Shown: one piece after another, positions 49,951 through 62,299 of the stretch
How the letters are laid out: the number at the start of each line of letters is the position of its first letter
Position numbering within the stretch: the first letter of the stretch is position 1
NCBI GenBank assembly: GCA_026770705.1
Contig: JANJGN010000052.1
Span: 186,001-250,000 of the forward strand
DNA length: 64,000 nt
Source of the DNA: Isurus oxyrinchus
Taxonomy: Eukaryota
Reading direction: 5' to 3'
Notes under the pieces: generated by a model
Databases searched by the model: none
Seen by the model: the letters and a program-made list of their open reading frames with translations, nothing else
What the model was told of the DNA's origin: nothing
Position numbers and translations under genes: made by a program

Positions 49951-50659
49951 TTTCCATCAGCACAAACAGCAATTTCCAAGCGGACTCCCATCAGCAGACA
50001 GAGTGCAATGAAACATCGGCATGCCTGCTTCTTAATGTACGGAGAGAAACCTGGAACGAGAGATTCTCCTTCTTCTCCTCAGCAAGCTGAAACTTTTCCT
50101 TATACCTGGTGCTCCCCAGTCCTGCTGTGTGGACACATCATAACCACGGCATTGTCTGGCTGTGTGCAGCCAACATGGTCGAATAGGAATGAACAGAAAT
50201 GTGACATTGCTAAACTCTGTTCTCTGATTGGAATGTGCTTTCTGAATGCTGCACCTTTTTAATGCTGCGATAGATTGTAGGAGGCATTTGGGTTATGAAT
50301 AAAATTACATTGATTAACTCAAGTGATTAAAATGCTCAGCCTGTTCTGTAGATATTTATAGATTAAAATTCTTATTTTGCAGCCAAATTCTTGGCTCAAA
50401 GACATTACTTCATGTTGTCACATTTTCTCCATCATATGAATTCCATTGCCCATCTTTATAATAGAAATTTCCAATGTAAACATGTCACATTGTAGTTGCA
50501 CACTCCTGCCAGTGGTGGTGCCATTCCAAAGCTGTCTTGCTGCACTGACACAGTGAGAATTATTCTTGACTTGTACATGATGTTGTTGTTACACAGACAT
50601 CAGGCGGAATCTTGGGCAGTGCCTAGAATGCACTTAGGACATTGCGGACCACAATCAGA

Positions 50660-51770
50660 ACTGACAGTGCAGCGTTTCCTCAGTGCTGACCCTCCGTCAG
50701 TGCAGCGCTCCCTCATTACTGTCCCTCTGACAGTGCTGCACAACCTCATTATTGACCCTTTTCAAGTGCAGCACCCCGTCAGCACTAACCTTCTGACAGT
50801 GCAGCATTCCCTCATGGCTGACAATCTGACAGTGCAGCACTCCCTCAGTACTCACCCACCCACAGTACAGCACTCCCTCAGTACTGATTCTCTGACACTG
50901 TATCCCTCCCTCACTACTGACCTTCCGACAGTTCAGCACTCCCATGGTACAGACTCTCTGACAGTGCAGCACTCCCTCAGTACTCAACCTCCCACAGTAC
51001 AGCACTCCCTCAGTACTGATTCTCTGACACTGTATCCCTCCCTCACTACTGACCTTCCGACAGTTCAGCACTCCCGTGGTACAGACTCTCTGACAGTGCA
51101 GCACTCCCTCAGTACTCAACCTCCCACAGTGCAGCACTCTATCAGTACTCCCACTGTGCTGCGCAAGTTGTTTCAATCAAGATTGGTGCCCAAAGAGGGA
51201 GGTTTCATTGCTACATCATTGAAATCAGTGAAAATTATTTTTAGGCTTACGGGAACAAGACTTAGTTCCTCAAATCCTTTCTTTTGCAATAACACACAGT
51301 ACAAAAATCTCTGTTTAAATAAATTCCAGTTAAACTTTGCCATGAAAGGATATCTGCTCTTACTCCTCTCTACCTCAGTATTAACCATCCCACAGTCCGG
51401 CACCCCCTCAATACTGAGCCTCCGACTGTGTGGAACTCACTCAGTACAGACACGCTGACTGTTCAGCACTCCCACATTACTGACCATCTGATAGTGCAGC
51501 ACTCCCTCATTACTGACCCTCTGACAGTGCAGCACTCCCACATTACTGACCCTCTGACAGTGCAGCACTCCCTCACTACTGTCCCTCCTACATTGCAGCA
51601 CTCCCTCATTACTGAACCTCTGACAATGCAGCACTCCCACATTGCTCACCCTCTGATATTGCAGCACCCCCACATTACTGACCCTCTGCTAGTGCAGCAC
51701 TACCTCAGTACTGACCCTCCCACAGTGCAGCACTCCCACAGTACTGTCCCACTGACAGTGCAGCACTCTC
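50660..51770 (+). repeat. 33-bp minisatellite arrays (about 50660-51150 and 51380-51770)
   Basis: Degenerate tandem units with a 132-bp higher-order duplication near 50830-51110. Confidence 0.88.
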
Positions 51771-51997
51771 TCCGTAATGATAACAGGGATCGTTGAAATG
51801 AATCATAAGGCCAGAGACCTGTATTGGGAACTCTTATCGCCTGAGTTTCAGCCTCCGAGGTGAGGGGGAGGAGTCTAATCCCACGGAGCCAATGGAGAAG
51901 CTTCATGACTATAGATGCCCATATATGAGCTGACAGATCATCAGATGGTAAACGTTTTGCTGAGAGCACAAAACATCCTCGATCTTCTCACTGGTTA

Positions 51998-52140
51998 CCC
52001 ACTTCCTCATTTTGTCTCACAGTGACACATCAACCCTTTCTAATTAAACACACAGAGGGAGCAGCACAGGAAGAGGTCATTCAGCTCAAGCAGAGCGGGT
52101 GGGCAGTTCCTCTCCAGACGAGCAGTCGGACGGGTCCTGG
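51998..52140 (+). promoter_or_regulatory. Gene D promoter/exon-1 module with PU.1-like site
   Basis: CACTTCCTCATTTT; donor GTAAGT at 52141. Confidence 0.55.
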
Positions 52141-52590
52141 GTAAGTAACGGAACGATTGGAATTCACTTCCATGACCAACACCGTCCTTTGTTGATGTTG
52201 TGACTTTATAAAGACAGATTCCAATGATTCATGCATTTGAAAGATTTCTACTGATTATTGAGATCAGGGTGTGAGGCTCAAGTCTGTTGTACAGAACATC
52301 TTTCTAGCTCAAGGGATGAGGGAAGTGCAGAGACATGAGCTTTGGGACGTCTTGAGGTGGTGAAAGGTGCAATAGAAATGCAAATCCTTCAATGTTTTTC
52401 TTTCTTAAAGCCTTGTAACTCTCTGCAGAGTACCTATCATCCCACAGAGAATTAAATTAGTCTGTCAAGACATTGTCCAAAAGCAGTTCTGATCTCTTGA
52501 GAGCTGTCGGACAAGAGGTGAGGTCTATTTAACTCCTTTCTCTTTCAGAGTTTGAGAGTCAGAAGCTAATGAAATATCTGGGAGTGGACA

Positions 52591-52630
52591 ATGATCGGGA
52601 AATCTTACTTCCTCCTGTCACTTCTCCAAG
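52591..52630 (+). CDS. Gene D signal-peptide exon
   Basis: MIGKSYFLLSLLQ, phase 1. Confidence 0.85.
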
Positions 52631-53699
52631 GTAATATCATCGTCAGCTTGGACAGATTTATGGTTAATAGTCTTTGTAAAAGATCATTCTTATTGAGCTG
52701 TGATTGGGAAACGATTCAGCAGTGAGCCAGTGTACAAACACACACCAAGTCCCATTCACCCATCACCCCTGTGCTCACTGATATACACTGACTCCATGTC
52801 TGACAGCAGAATTGGAGGAGAGCAGAGATCTCAGAGGGTTTTAGGGTTGGAGGAGGTTACACAGATAGAGAGTGTAGAGGGGGGATGGTGGGGTAAGAAA
52901 TCGATGATGAGAATTTGAAATTTGAGTCATTGCTGTACTGGGAGTCAGTGTAGGTCAGTGAGTGACAGGGAAGCGATCGGCTGAATAGAGAATCAGGGAT
53001 AAAAACTGGGGGTTGAGGTCTATCCCGATGCTCGGACACGGATAACAATGCCCTGAAATTTTGTGTCTTTTGCTGATCTAAGTCAGGACTTCCCATGAAG
53101 ACAACACAGCAGCTCCTAGAATAGACAGGCTGTTCAGTGTCACACTTCCTGTCCATTCTCACCTTGCTAGATACTTCAATAAGGGAGCAAGATAACTGAA
53201 AGAGAGAAGGAAGGTAAAGCTGTCTGTGTGTAAAACTGTCAAATATTCTGAGTTATCATAATTGTCTCTGACCTGCTGCAGAGTTTAAATTTCACAGAAT
53301 ATTAGCACTTTGCAGCTCAGAGAGAGACCATTGACTCACTGCCTGAAAGGGCGGTGGAAGCAGATTCAACAGGAACTTTCAGAAGGGGAACTGGATAAAT
53401 ACTTGAAGGGGACATTTTGCAGGGCTGTGGAGGAGAGAGCAGAGGTGAGAGTGGGACTAATTGGACAGATCTTTCAAAGGCCCAGCACAGGCTCGATGGG
53501 CCAAATGGCATCCTTCTGTTCCAGATCATTCTACAATCTGACAAATTAAGCCCCACATCAATAACTCTTCAGGCTCCTGCTGCAGGGATGGATCTTTGAC
53601 AAGGACAGGGAACAAAAGGTTTCTGGTATCATTTTCATAATTCTTGACAATTACATAAATGTATAGATCTGTTGAATATTTAAGTCTCTAAAGCATAGA

Positions 53700-56600
53700 G
53701 GTAATCTGCTGTTACGCCCAGGTCTTGTGGTGGGAACTTTGTCTGGAGGTGTCTTTACTTGCTCACATTGATCTGTGGGATTGTCATTCTTCGATGTTGC
53801 CCCTTGTTTCAATTGGCATTTTACCCTTGATGCAACTGGGGAGGCTTTAAACTAACATGGCAGGGGATGGGATCCCAAGAAGAGGTTGACCAAAGGGAGA
53901 TGCACAGCCAAAATTAGAAGAGAGAGCAAATGAACCTGGAAGGCAGAGAAATTATTGGCAGAAGATAGAATGGCAAAGTTGGATTCAATTATTTTAATGC
54001 AAGGAGTCTGACAGACTTGCATTCTCCTGCAGGTGTGATGTTCCAGCTCCCTTGAAATTGCCAATATTGTTGAAACTTGCTGCATATTTCAATGTTATGT
54101 CATGAACTGAGGTGATGGAGTAGTTTCTGAGACTGGGACAGACATAAATCCTTTGGCTTTCGGCTGGTCCGGACAATCCTGGCAGTGGGTGGGGCCAGAA
54201 AATCCCACCCCTTGGGACATTTTCAGTTTATTTGATGCGCCCAGAGAGATCAATAAAGACCTCAATCCACAATTTATTGGCAAGCCACGTCAGGATATGT
54301 GTGAGAGGTAGAATATCGATCACCGCTCCTCGTCTCACCGTGCACATCATCGCCATTTCCTGGTTTGTCAGTCACCACATGTATATGTTCCTGATGGGAT
54401 AGTGGATGGTCATTCTTATTGCTTGAAGGTTCCCCGTTGTGTAGGGTTAGTTTGGATCAGCGCACGGCTCTCTGTAGCGGCATCAGCCTTTGCTCTAGTG
54501 CCCTGCCGCTGTCAATGGCCCTTTCTGCCACAAGCCTTGCAGGATTGGTGGAAAGCTGGGCATTTCCTTGGTGCTTGCAGAAGGCCACACCTTCCACACG
54601 TCTCACTAGGTCTGGATGTTCTAGTGAGTGTGTCAACAATTGATGTTGTACTGAGGACCTGTAAGCTTCGTTGACCTGCGAGGATCACTTCGTATTTATG
54701 TCCATCCTTGAGTAGCTCTTCAATGCTATAGGTTTTGGTCTTATCTAGCAGATCTTTCTGGAAGGCTTCCATGGGAGTGGATGTAATCACCAACTCAACA
54801 ACTGTGTCTGCAGGCTCTGTGTTTGAAATCACAGTGCGTACCCTTTTCTCTACATCGGCTGATGAAGTGGTCTATGGATTGTGTAAGCTGATGAAATGAC
54901 ATAAACTCTAGTTGATGAATATGAAGTTTAACCTGATTCTGAACCTGTCTTCCAATGTCGTCCATATCTATTGGGGATCCTTTCGCTCTTCTGCTGTTAA
55001 TTCTGACGTGTTCAGCCTGTGTAGACCTTCATTCCCAATCGCGAGGTGAATTTTTATGGGTGGCTCGTCTGGTTCAGTCACAGCTGAATCAGGAAACCAG
55101 AGCTCTGTACGCTGTTTAAACATTCTGAATTCAGATAGTCGGTCAGCTACATCCCAGTTCAAACTCGGGAATTTCGTGGACATTCTGACAATATTCCTTT
55201 GACCTTCCTTCTCCTACAGGATCTGGGATGAGTGTCGCTTTAGCCCCTTTCGTGCGCTTTTCCGAAGCTCCGCCCACGGAGACGGGTTGTGGCAGGAACA
55301 CACCACAGAGTAAAGGAGTCTTTGTTTTTTATTCAATTTGCTGTTCAGCAATCTCGAAGCCGCCCGTTATAATCACTAACTTCTCTGGGCTGATTTTTAT
55401 AACGGTTTTTGTGTGTTTGACTCTCCCTCGCTCACTATCGATCCAGCCCACACCCTGGTCACTCGCCTTCCCTGACTGAGCTAACCCGCTGCTGGTCCTG
55501 GCGATACACACTGTCCCACTCACTGACCTACAGGCCATGTGCTGTAATCTCACCACGAGGGATCCGTCTGCTCCCCAGCTCTTTACTTGTGCTCTGTCCC
55601 ATCACTGTGTCTTCAAAGGTTTCCTGAGCAGTCAGTACACTGCGATTTCAACCCTCTCTGATGCTGTGTCTCTGTTCTGGTCTGACCGAAGCGTCGAGGG
55701 TCGTCTCATGTCATGTAGCTCGATCTAAGGCTGTTCACCACATCATACCTGTACTGAATCTTGCTGCCAGAATGTTTGGCCACCGCTGATCACCATGTTG
55801 TGTTTTTATAATGATATAAAGGCACCAGCCACTGATACGGAATTGGGTAAATGCATTGTGGGTTCATTTATTTAGAACAGGGACATGAGAACAAGGATAG
55901 AAAGCTGGGAGACACCTGTGGCCAAACTGTGTGAGCTGTGTTCTGCTCACAGGCCAAAGTGAAACTTGGACTGGATGGTGTTACCATCTCAGCTGATGTT
56001 ACTACTGGGCAAGTCAGATCCCAGGGTGGAACTCAGCTTGATAGGTCCTAACTTTTATTTTTTATTTAGGAATGTGGAGTGCGGCTACTGAACAGAGTCA
56101 CAGGAATCATCTGATGACCTTCTAACAAAAGAATAAAACATTTATTAAACTAGGAAAGACTGATTATATTACATTACTCCTTCACCCAGACCTATACATT
56201 TACAGATTCATAAGTAGAATACAAGTTACAATAACTATCTTATACTCTCATGTTCACACTAAGTACACAGTTCATGCAAACCAATAGACGACCTGGTGTC
56301 AGGGACACCACATTCTGTAACCAAGTGATAGACCCCAATTGGAACAAATGCTATGGGTTTCAGCTCAACTGACTCCAGACACTTGTTTCACCATGAGGCA
56401 ACTGGTCTTACAAAACTGTATCTTTCACATGAGAGTTTCCAATCTCTACTCGTCAAGTGCTCTCTTTGGAATCTTCTCTAACATGACACTTTCACTCAGA
56501 GACCTTCCACACGGGTCCACTTCCACGATTTCAAACTCTCCTTCCCATGTTCCTGCCCCCTGGATCGCCACATGCATTCAGCCTTCCTTCTACGCGTTGT

Positions 56601-57297
56601 CTCTCCAATGCTCAGTCATGCCAATGGAACACCATGGCTTCACATGGTCATAGTAAGAAGACATCAACATTTGACTGTCTCCTATGATCTTCTGGCTTCT
56701 AATCAGCCTTTTTTGCTTTAGGTCTGTGTCCTTTTGCTTTTTCTCTTTTAGCTTGGATCCCTCCTCTGCTCCTCAATCTTATCTCGACTTAACAGGACCT
56801 TTTTCAGATTCCTGATCTTCTTTGGAGTAGAAGGTCTTCTTGGCTCTTTCTCCTGTTCCACTCGATAGTTTTGGCTTCTTCTTTACTTTGGGACTGACTA
56901 TCTGTCCCACTCCTTTGCTGCTTCTCCTGGCAACTCCTTTCAACAGAACTGAAAGCACATTTCTGTTTTTCTCTGTCTCTATGGGTCCGTCCCTCTGGAT
57001 CACTGTTGCTTAGCAATAGCACAGTTTCTTACACCTTGTGTTTGTTTTGACTTTCCTTCAAGAGACATCAAACCCCATTAGATTGCTAAACGAAAATGAA
57101 ACCAAAACTGAAGTTTCCCCCTTTCTTAACACACAAATACAGAAATCAAACTAAACTTGAACTTAAAGATAGACCTTAAACCCTAACACATACAAATACA
57201 CATAGAACTTACTTAAGCTATCCCCAGTTCTAAAATCACATGACACACTTCCCCTCGAGTGATGTCATGCTGCTGTCCCTGAAAGGCATATTACAAT
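53700..57297 (-). mobile_element. Degraded Gypsy (Mag-like) element, paralog of 37500-41144, retaining gag remnants
   Basis: FRMFKQRTELWF..IGNEG; zinc-knuckle CGRCG..CPAFHQSCKACGRKGH; same LTR/PBS junction near 55795. Confidence 0.75.
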
Positions 57298-57299
57298 AG

Positions 57300-58224
57300 T
57301 GTTATCACTTGGCAGGTGATGTGTGCCAGGCAGACCAAGTCCATGAGAGAAAGGTGGTCACACGATCATAATGATTTTGCAATTTGTATTTATTATGAGA
57401 TGTGTGCACTGAATTCAGAAGCAATAATTACACCAAGACCTTTAGAGATTTGAAAATTAAATTAAAATTCTTGCTCTCAAAATAAAAGCTTTCAAGCACA
57501 TACATAACTCTACAATTACCACTATAATAATTCTTAAAATTCCAAATTAACCTGACTCCCAGTTACACTCCCTTTAAGGCAACAGACTAAAAATAGATGT
57601 TAGATTTAAAACAACTCAGCAAGTTAACACAATACAATAGCAATACCCTGCACAGAGGAATTCCAAGTGGCTTTTCCCCAACTTCAGTTCTGTTGGATAG
57701 CAGGCTTGTGCACAAATGCTTGAGGTTTCATTAAGACTATATCACACACTCGTGTTAGATCTTACATGGCATTCTGACACATAGCCTTTCATTCTCCCTG
57801 ATAGATATATATTTCTCTCTTTGTAACATGAAAATTCTATTGTTCCAAATGTTTTTGAAACTGTCTCTTCCTCATAACAAATTCTTTTGTGGTGCCCATA
57901 TTGCCAGGAGCCTTTGAGAAAAATAAGCACATTCCTTAGTCTTGCTTATCTGGCTAGTTGTAAACAAGCTAAGATTCCTTTGAAATCCAACAACCCCTTC
58001 ATTGAAATAAAAATGCAAATTCTCTTCATACCTTCCATGCTAAGCAGCATCCATGTTTCCTCAATAGCATGTCAAGCACCTAGTTCCTTTTGATCATTTT
58101 AAACTTCCAATCTAATTAACTCCAAATGTATTTAAATCACATGCAGACCCATCATGCGTACCCCCATAAACCTACTTCACAATATACTATAAAATATTAT
58201 GAAAATTATTATACTTACATCACA
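57300..58224 (-). mobile_element. Solo LTR with 4-bp target-site duplication (ATAG)
   Basis: ATAG|TGTTATC...CATCACA|ATAG; homologous to 11935-12830. Confidence 0.82.
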
Positions 58225-58627
58225 ATAGGAACCACTGCCTTAGACACTGAGGATCTAGGACAGCTAGGCCAATTACTGATTCATGATGGTGATAATGGGG
58301 GAATTCTGAAGGCTCCAAATCCATTGTCCTACATTGTAAATCAGCAGTGAACTCACTTCAATCAGTGCGTCTTGTAGACACTGTGTTGGGTGGCAGACTG
58401 ACTTCACTAAATAGGTTCCTGAGGGCCATGAGCCAATGTAGAATGAACTTGTCCACTCCTGTGTCCAGAATTCTCTTCGATCTGTGGTAAAACCTTGGGG
58501 CATTCATTGTGTGACCTGTGGATTATCCAGACTGCAGCCACTGTGCCCCAGTGATGGAGGGGGTGGATATTGAGTATAGTGGATTGAGAAAACATTCAGA
58601 GTTAAATATTGATATTTCTCTCCGTAG

Positions 58628-59002
58628 TTGGACTATCACAAGTGTGGAAAGTCAACACTCCACGAGAGGTGACAGCGCAGGAAGGTTCGTGTGTACAGAT
58701 TCCATGTCATTACAGTTATCCATCATATTTAGTAGCGAGATCACCAGTCGGAATCTGGTATATGAGAAGGAATTGGGAAACATGGAATGAACGGTCTATA
58801 GCCTTTCACTCCAAGAATCACAATCGCAAGTTAACACGGTTCCACCATCGGACCCGGCTGTCTGGAGACCTGAAAGATGGTGACTGTTCCCTGATTATAA
58901 ACAATGTCAGATGGGAAGATGCAGGATATTATTTATTCAGAACAGATTTTGACAGCAGGAATAGATACAACGACCGTCCTGTAACCCAGCTTCACGTTTC
59001 TG
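58628..59002 (+). CDS. Gene D first V-set exon
   Basis: 375 bp, phase 1-1, open; GIWYMRRNWETWNER..DAGYYLFRTDFDSRNRYNDRP. Confidence 0.9.
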
Positions 59003-59239
59003 GTAAGTGCTGTGTTATAATTACTCAACAATTCACATCCAACACTCAATGGGAAATAATAGTGTTTGATTTGCTTGTTTTTTGGCCGTGTTAACCAGCG
59101 TCACTATTTTTAATGATTTGTCTATTTCTGCTCCCAGATCCATGAGCTTATTGTGTATGATTGAATCCACATCAAAGCTGTAACGTAAACCGAGCTGAGG
59201 GGTGATGACACCTCCCCCCTGAGTGAAGTGTCTCCTCCC

Positions 59240-60878
59240 CACTACACCTTCCACCCCTCACACTGTCCGTGTAAACCCCCGTCCCATCTCCAGCCTCTCT
59301 TTCCCCTGCAAAGTCCTTGAACGTGTTTCCATCTCCCGAATCCGTTCCCATCTTTCCCGGAACTCCATGTTTGAATCCCTCCAATCAGGTTCCCACCCCA
59401 GCCACTGTGCTGAAACAGCTCTTATCAAGGTCACAAATGGCATCCTGTGTGACTGTGACAAAGGTCAACTTTCCCTCCTCGTCCTTCTCGATCTGTCTGC
59501 AGCCTTTGACACGCTCGACCACACCATCCTCCTCCAACACCTCTCCACTGTCGTCCAGCTGGGTGGGACTGCTCTCCCCTGGCTCCATTCTTATCCATCT
59601 CATCGTAGCCAGAGAATCGCTTGCAATGGCTTTGCAGCATCATCTGAACAGTGTTAGTTTTCACCTGTCCACTGAGGATCCCCAGCTCTACCTCACCACC
59701 ACCGCTCTCGACTCCTCCACTGCTGCTAAATTATCAGGCTGCTTATCCGACATCCAGTACTGGATGGGCAGAAATTCCCTCCAATTAAATATTGGAAAGA
59801 CTGAAGCCATTGCCTTCATTCCCCACTCCAAACTCTGTTCCCTCGCTACCAACTCCATTCCTCTCCCTGGCAGGTCTCTGAGATTGAAGCCAATCTGTTC
59901 ACAGCTTTGTTGTCCCATTTGATCCTGAGATGAGCTTCCGGCCTCATATCTGCGCCCTCACTAACACCGTCTATTTCCACCTCCGTAACATCGCACGACA
60001 TCACCCTGTCTCAGCTCATCTGCTGCTGAAACCCTCATCCACGCCTTCATTACCTCCAGACTCGACTGTTCCAACACACGCTCTACACTCCATAAACTTG
60101 AGGCCCTCCAAAACTGCTGACCATGTCCTTACTCACACCAAGTCCCATTCCCTTATCACCCGCTCTGCTCGATGACCGAGACTGGCTCCTGGTCAAGCAA
60201 AGTCTCAATGTCACAATTTTCATCTTTGTTTCCTCACTATCTCCGTAATCTCCTCGTCCTCCTCCAGTACCTACAACCATCCCATTCTCTGTAACCTCTT
60301 CAAGCCTCTGCTGCTTCCCTATATCTGTAAAATCATCCTGCACAAAAAACCTACCAATCTCTGCAACCTCCTCCAGCCACTACAACCCTCCCTAGCTCTG
60401 CGAACTCCTCCATACCCTACACTCTCCCAATCTCTCTTAAATTTTCCAGCCTCTACAACCCTCCCTATCTCTGTAACTCCTCCAATCACTACAACCCTCC
60501 TTAACTCTGTAACCTCCTCCAGCCCCTCCAACCCTCTGAGGTCTCTGCTGTCCTCCAATTCCAGCCTCTTGACCATCCCCCGGTCCCATCACTCCAACAT
60601 CGGCGGCCGTGCCTTCAGCTGCCTGGGACCCGAGCTCTGTAATACCCTCCCTCAACCCCTCTCCGTCCCTCTCTCTCACTCTCTCTATCGCTCTGTCTCT
60701 CTCTCACTATCCATTTCATCCCTCTTTGAAGATTCTCCATAACACCGACCTCTTCTGGCCAGCTGTCGCTAATATCTCCACATGTGTCTGCGTGACATAC
60801 TTTGTTTTATGACGCTCCTGTGTAGCACCTTGGGGTGATTTGTCATGTTAAAGTTGTTGTGTAAATATAAGTTGTTGC
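59240..60878 (+). mobile_element. L2-clade LINE fragment (paralog of 42385-44225)
   Basis: Same RT remnant LLVLLDLSAAFDTLDH. Confidence 0.85.
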
Positions 60879-61416
60879 CCTTTGACCCTAGACCCCAGCT
60901 CGAGTCTTATTTTTGAGGGAATGTACAACCTCCTTAGATTTCTGACCAAAACGTCATTTGATTATTTTTATTGAGCGAATGCCAAGCCCCGATACCGAGC
61001 GAGAGCCTCCTCATTTGCTGAGTTTAAGGTGATGAGTCAGCCCCTTAGTCTGTAGAGGGGATTCTCCTCGGTAATGTGCAGCCTTGTTTGTGTCTCTCCA
61101 CAAGCGCATGAGGGGTTTGTACAGAGGCTGCAGCGCTGGAGGGGGTCTGCACAGGGGTCCTGGCCTGTCCTGAGCCGGTTTTAGCAAGGACCACTCTGGC
61201 CTTGGCAGCTGAAAGCCAGCCATTGGACAGACGGGGCCTGTCACAAGGAGCCTGTTAGTCACTCCCCCCAGTGTCTCCTGTGCTCAGATCTAGACCATGT
61301 TGGCTGGTGGATCTGGCTCAGGAAGGGTCCTCCCCATGGGACCCCCAGATGGAAGGTGGGTCGAGCGGGTCAGTCACTTGCATGTTTATTCTGCAGCTTT
61401 AATATTTTAAGATGGT

Positions 61417-62240
61417 AAGAATGTAGGAACATAAGAAATAGGGACAGGAGCAGGCCATTCGGCCCCTCCAGCCTGCTCTCACTGATCTGGTTGTGGCCTT
61501 AACTCCATTTTCCTGCCTGTCCCCCAAACCCTTGACTCCCTTGTCGATCAAAAACCTGCCTCACTCAGCCTTGAGTCTATTCAATGGCCCAGCCTCCACT
61601 GCTCTCTGGGGAAGAGAATTCCACAGGCTAGCGCCCCTCTGAGAGAGGAAATTCCTCCTCATCTCAGTCCTAAATGGGGGAGCCCTCATTCCGAAACTGT
61701 GCTCCCTGGTTCTAGATTCCACCATGAGGGGGAAACATCCTCCCAGCATCACCCTGTCAAGCCCCCTCGGAATCGGATATGTTTCAATAAGGTCACCCCT
61801 CATTCTTCTAAACTCCAATGGATACAGGCCCAACCTGCTCAACATTTCCTCACAGGACAAACCCCCTTCATCCCAGGAATCAGCCCAGTGAACCTCCTCT
61901 GAACTGCCTCCAATGCAGAGTCTATCCCTCCCTAAGTAATGAGACCAGAACTGTACACACTGCTCCTGATACAATCTCACCCTGTGCAGCTGTTGCAAGA
62001 CTTCCCTCCTTTTATACTCCATCCCTTTGCAATAAAGGCCAACATTCCACTTGCCTTCCTCATTCCGTGAATGCTTACTTTCTGTGATTCATGTGCAAGG
62101 ACACCCAGATCCCTCTGTACTGCATTCTGCAGCCTCTCTCCATTTAAATAATATCCTGTTTTTCTATTCTTCCTGCCAAAATAATTTGTTGTAGTCCTCC
62201 TCAGTATTGACCATCCCCCCAATTCAGCCTCATCTGTAAA
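61417..62240 (-). mobile_element. CR1 LINE fragment (paralog of 44765-45562)
   Basis: LYPLEFRRMRGDLIETY..SLWNSLPQRAVEAG. Confidence 0.88.
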
Positions 62241-62299
62241 TTTGAGTCTAGTGGATCCACAAACCATCCAGAGTTAAATATTGATATTTCTCTCCCCAG

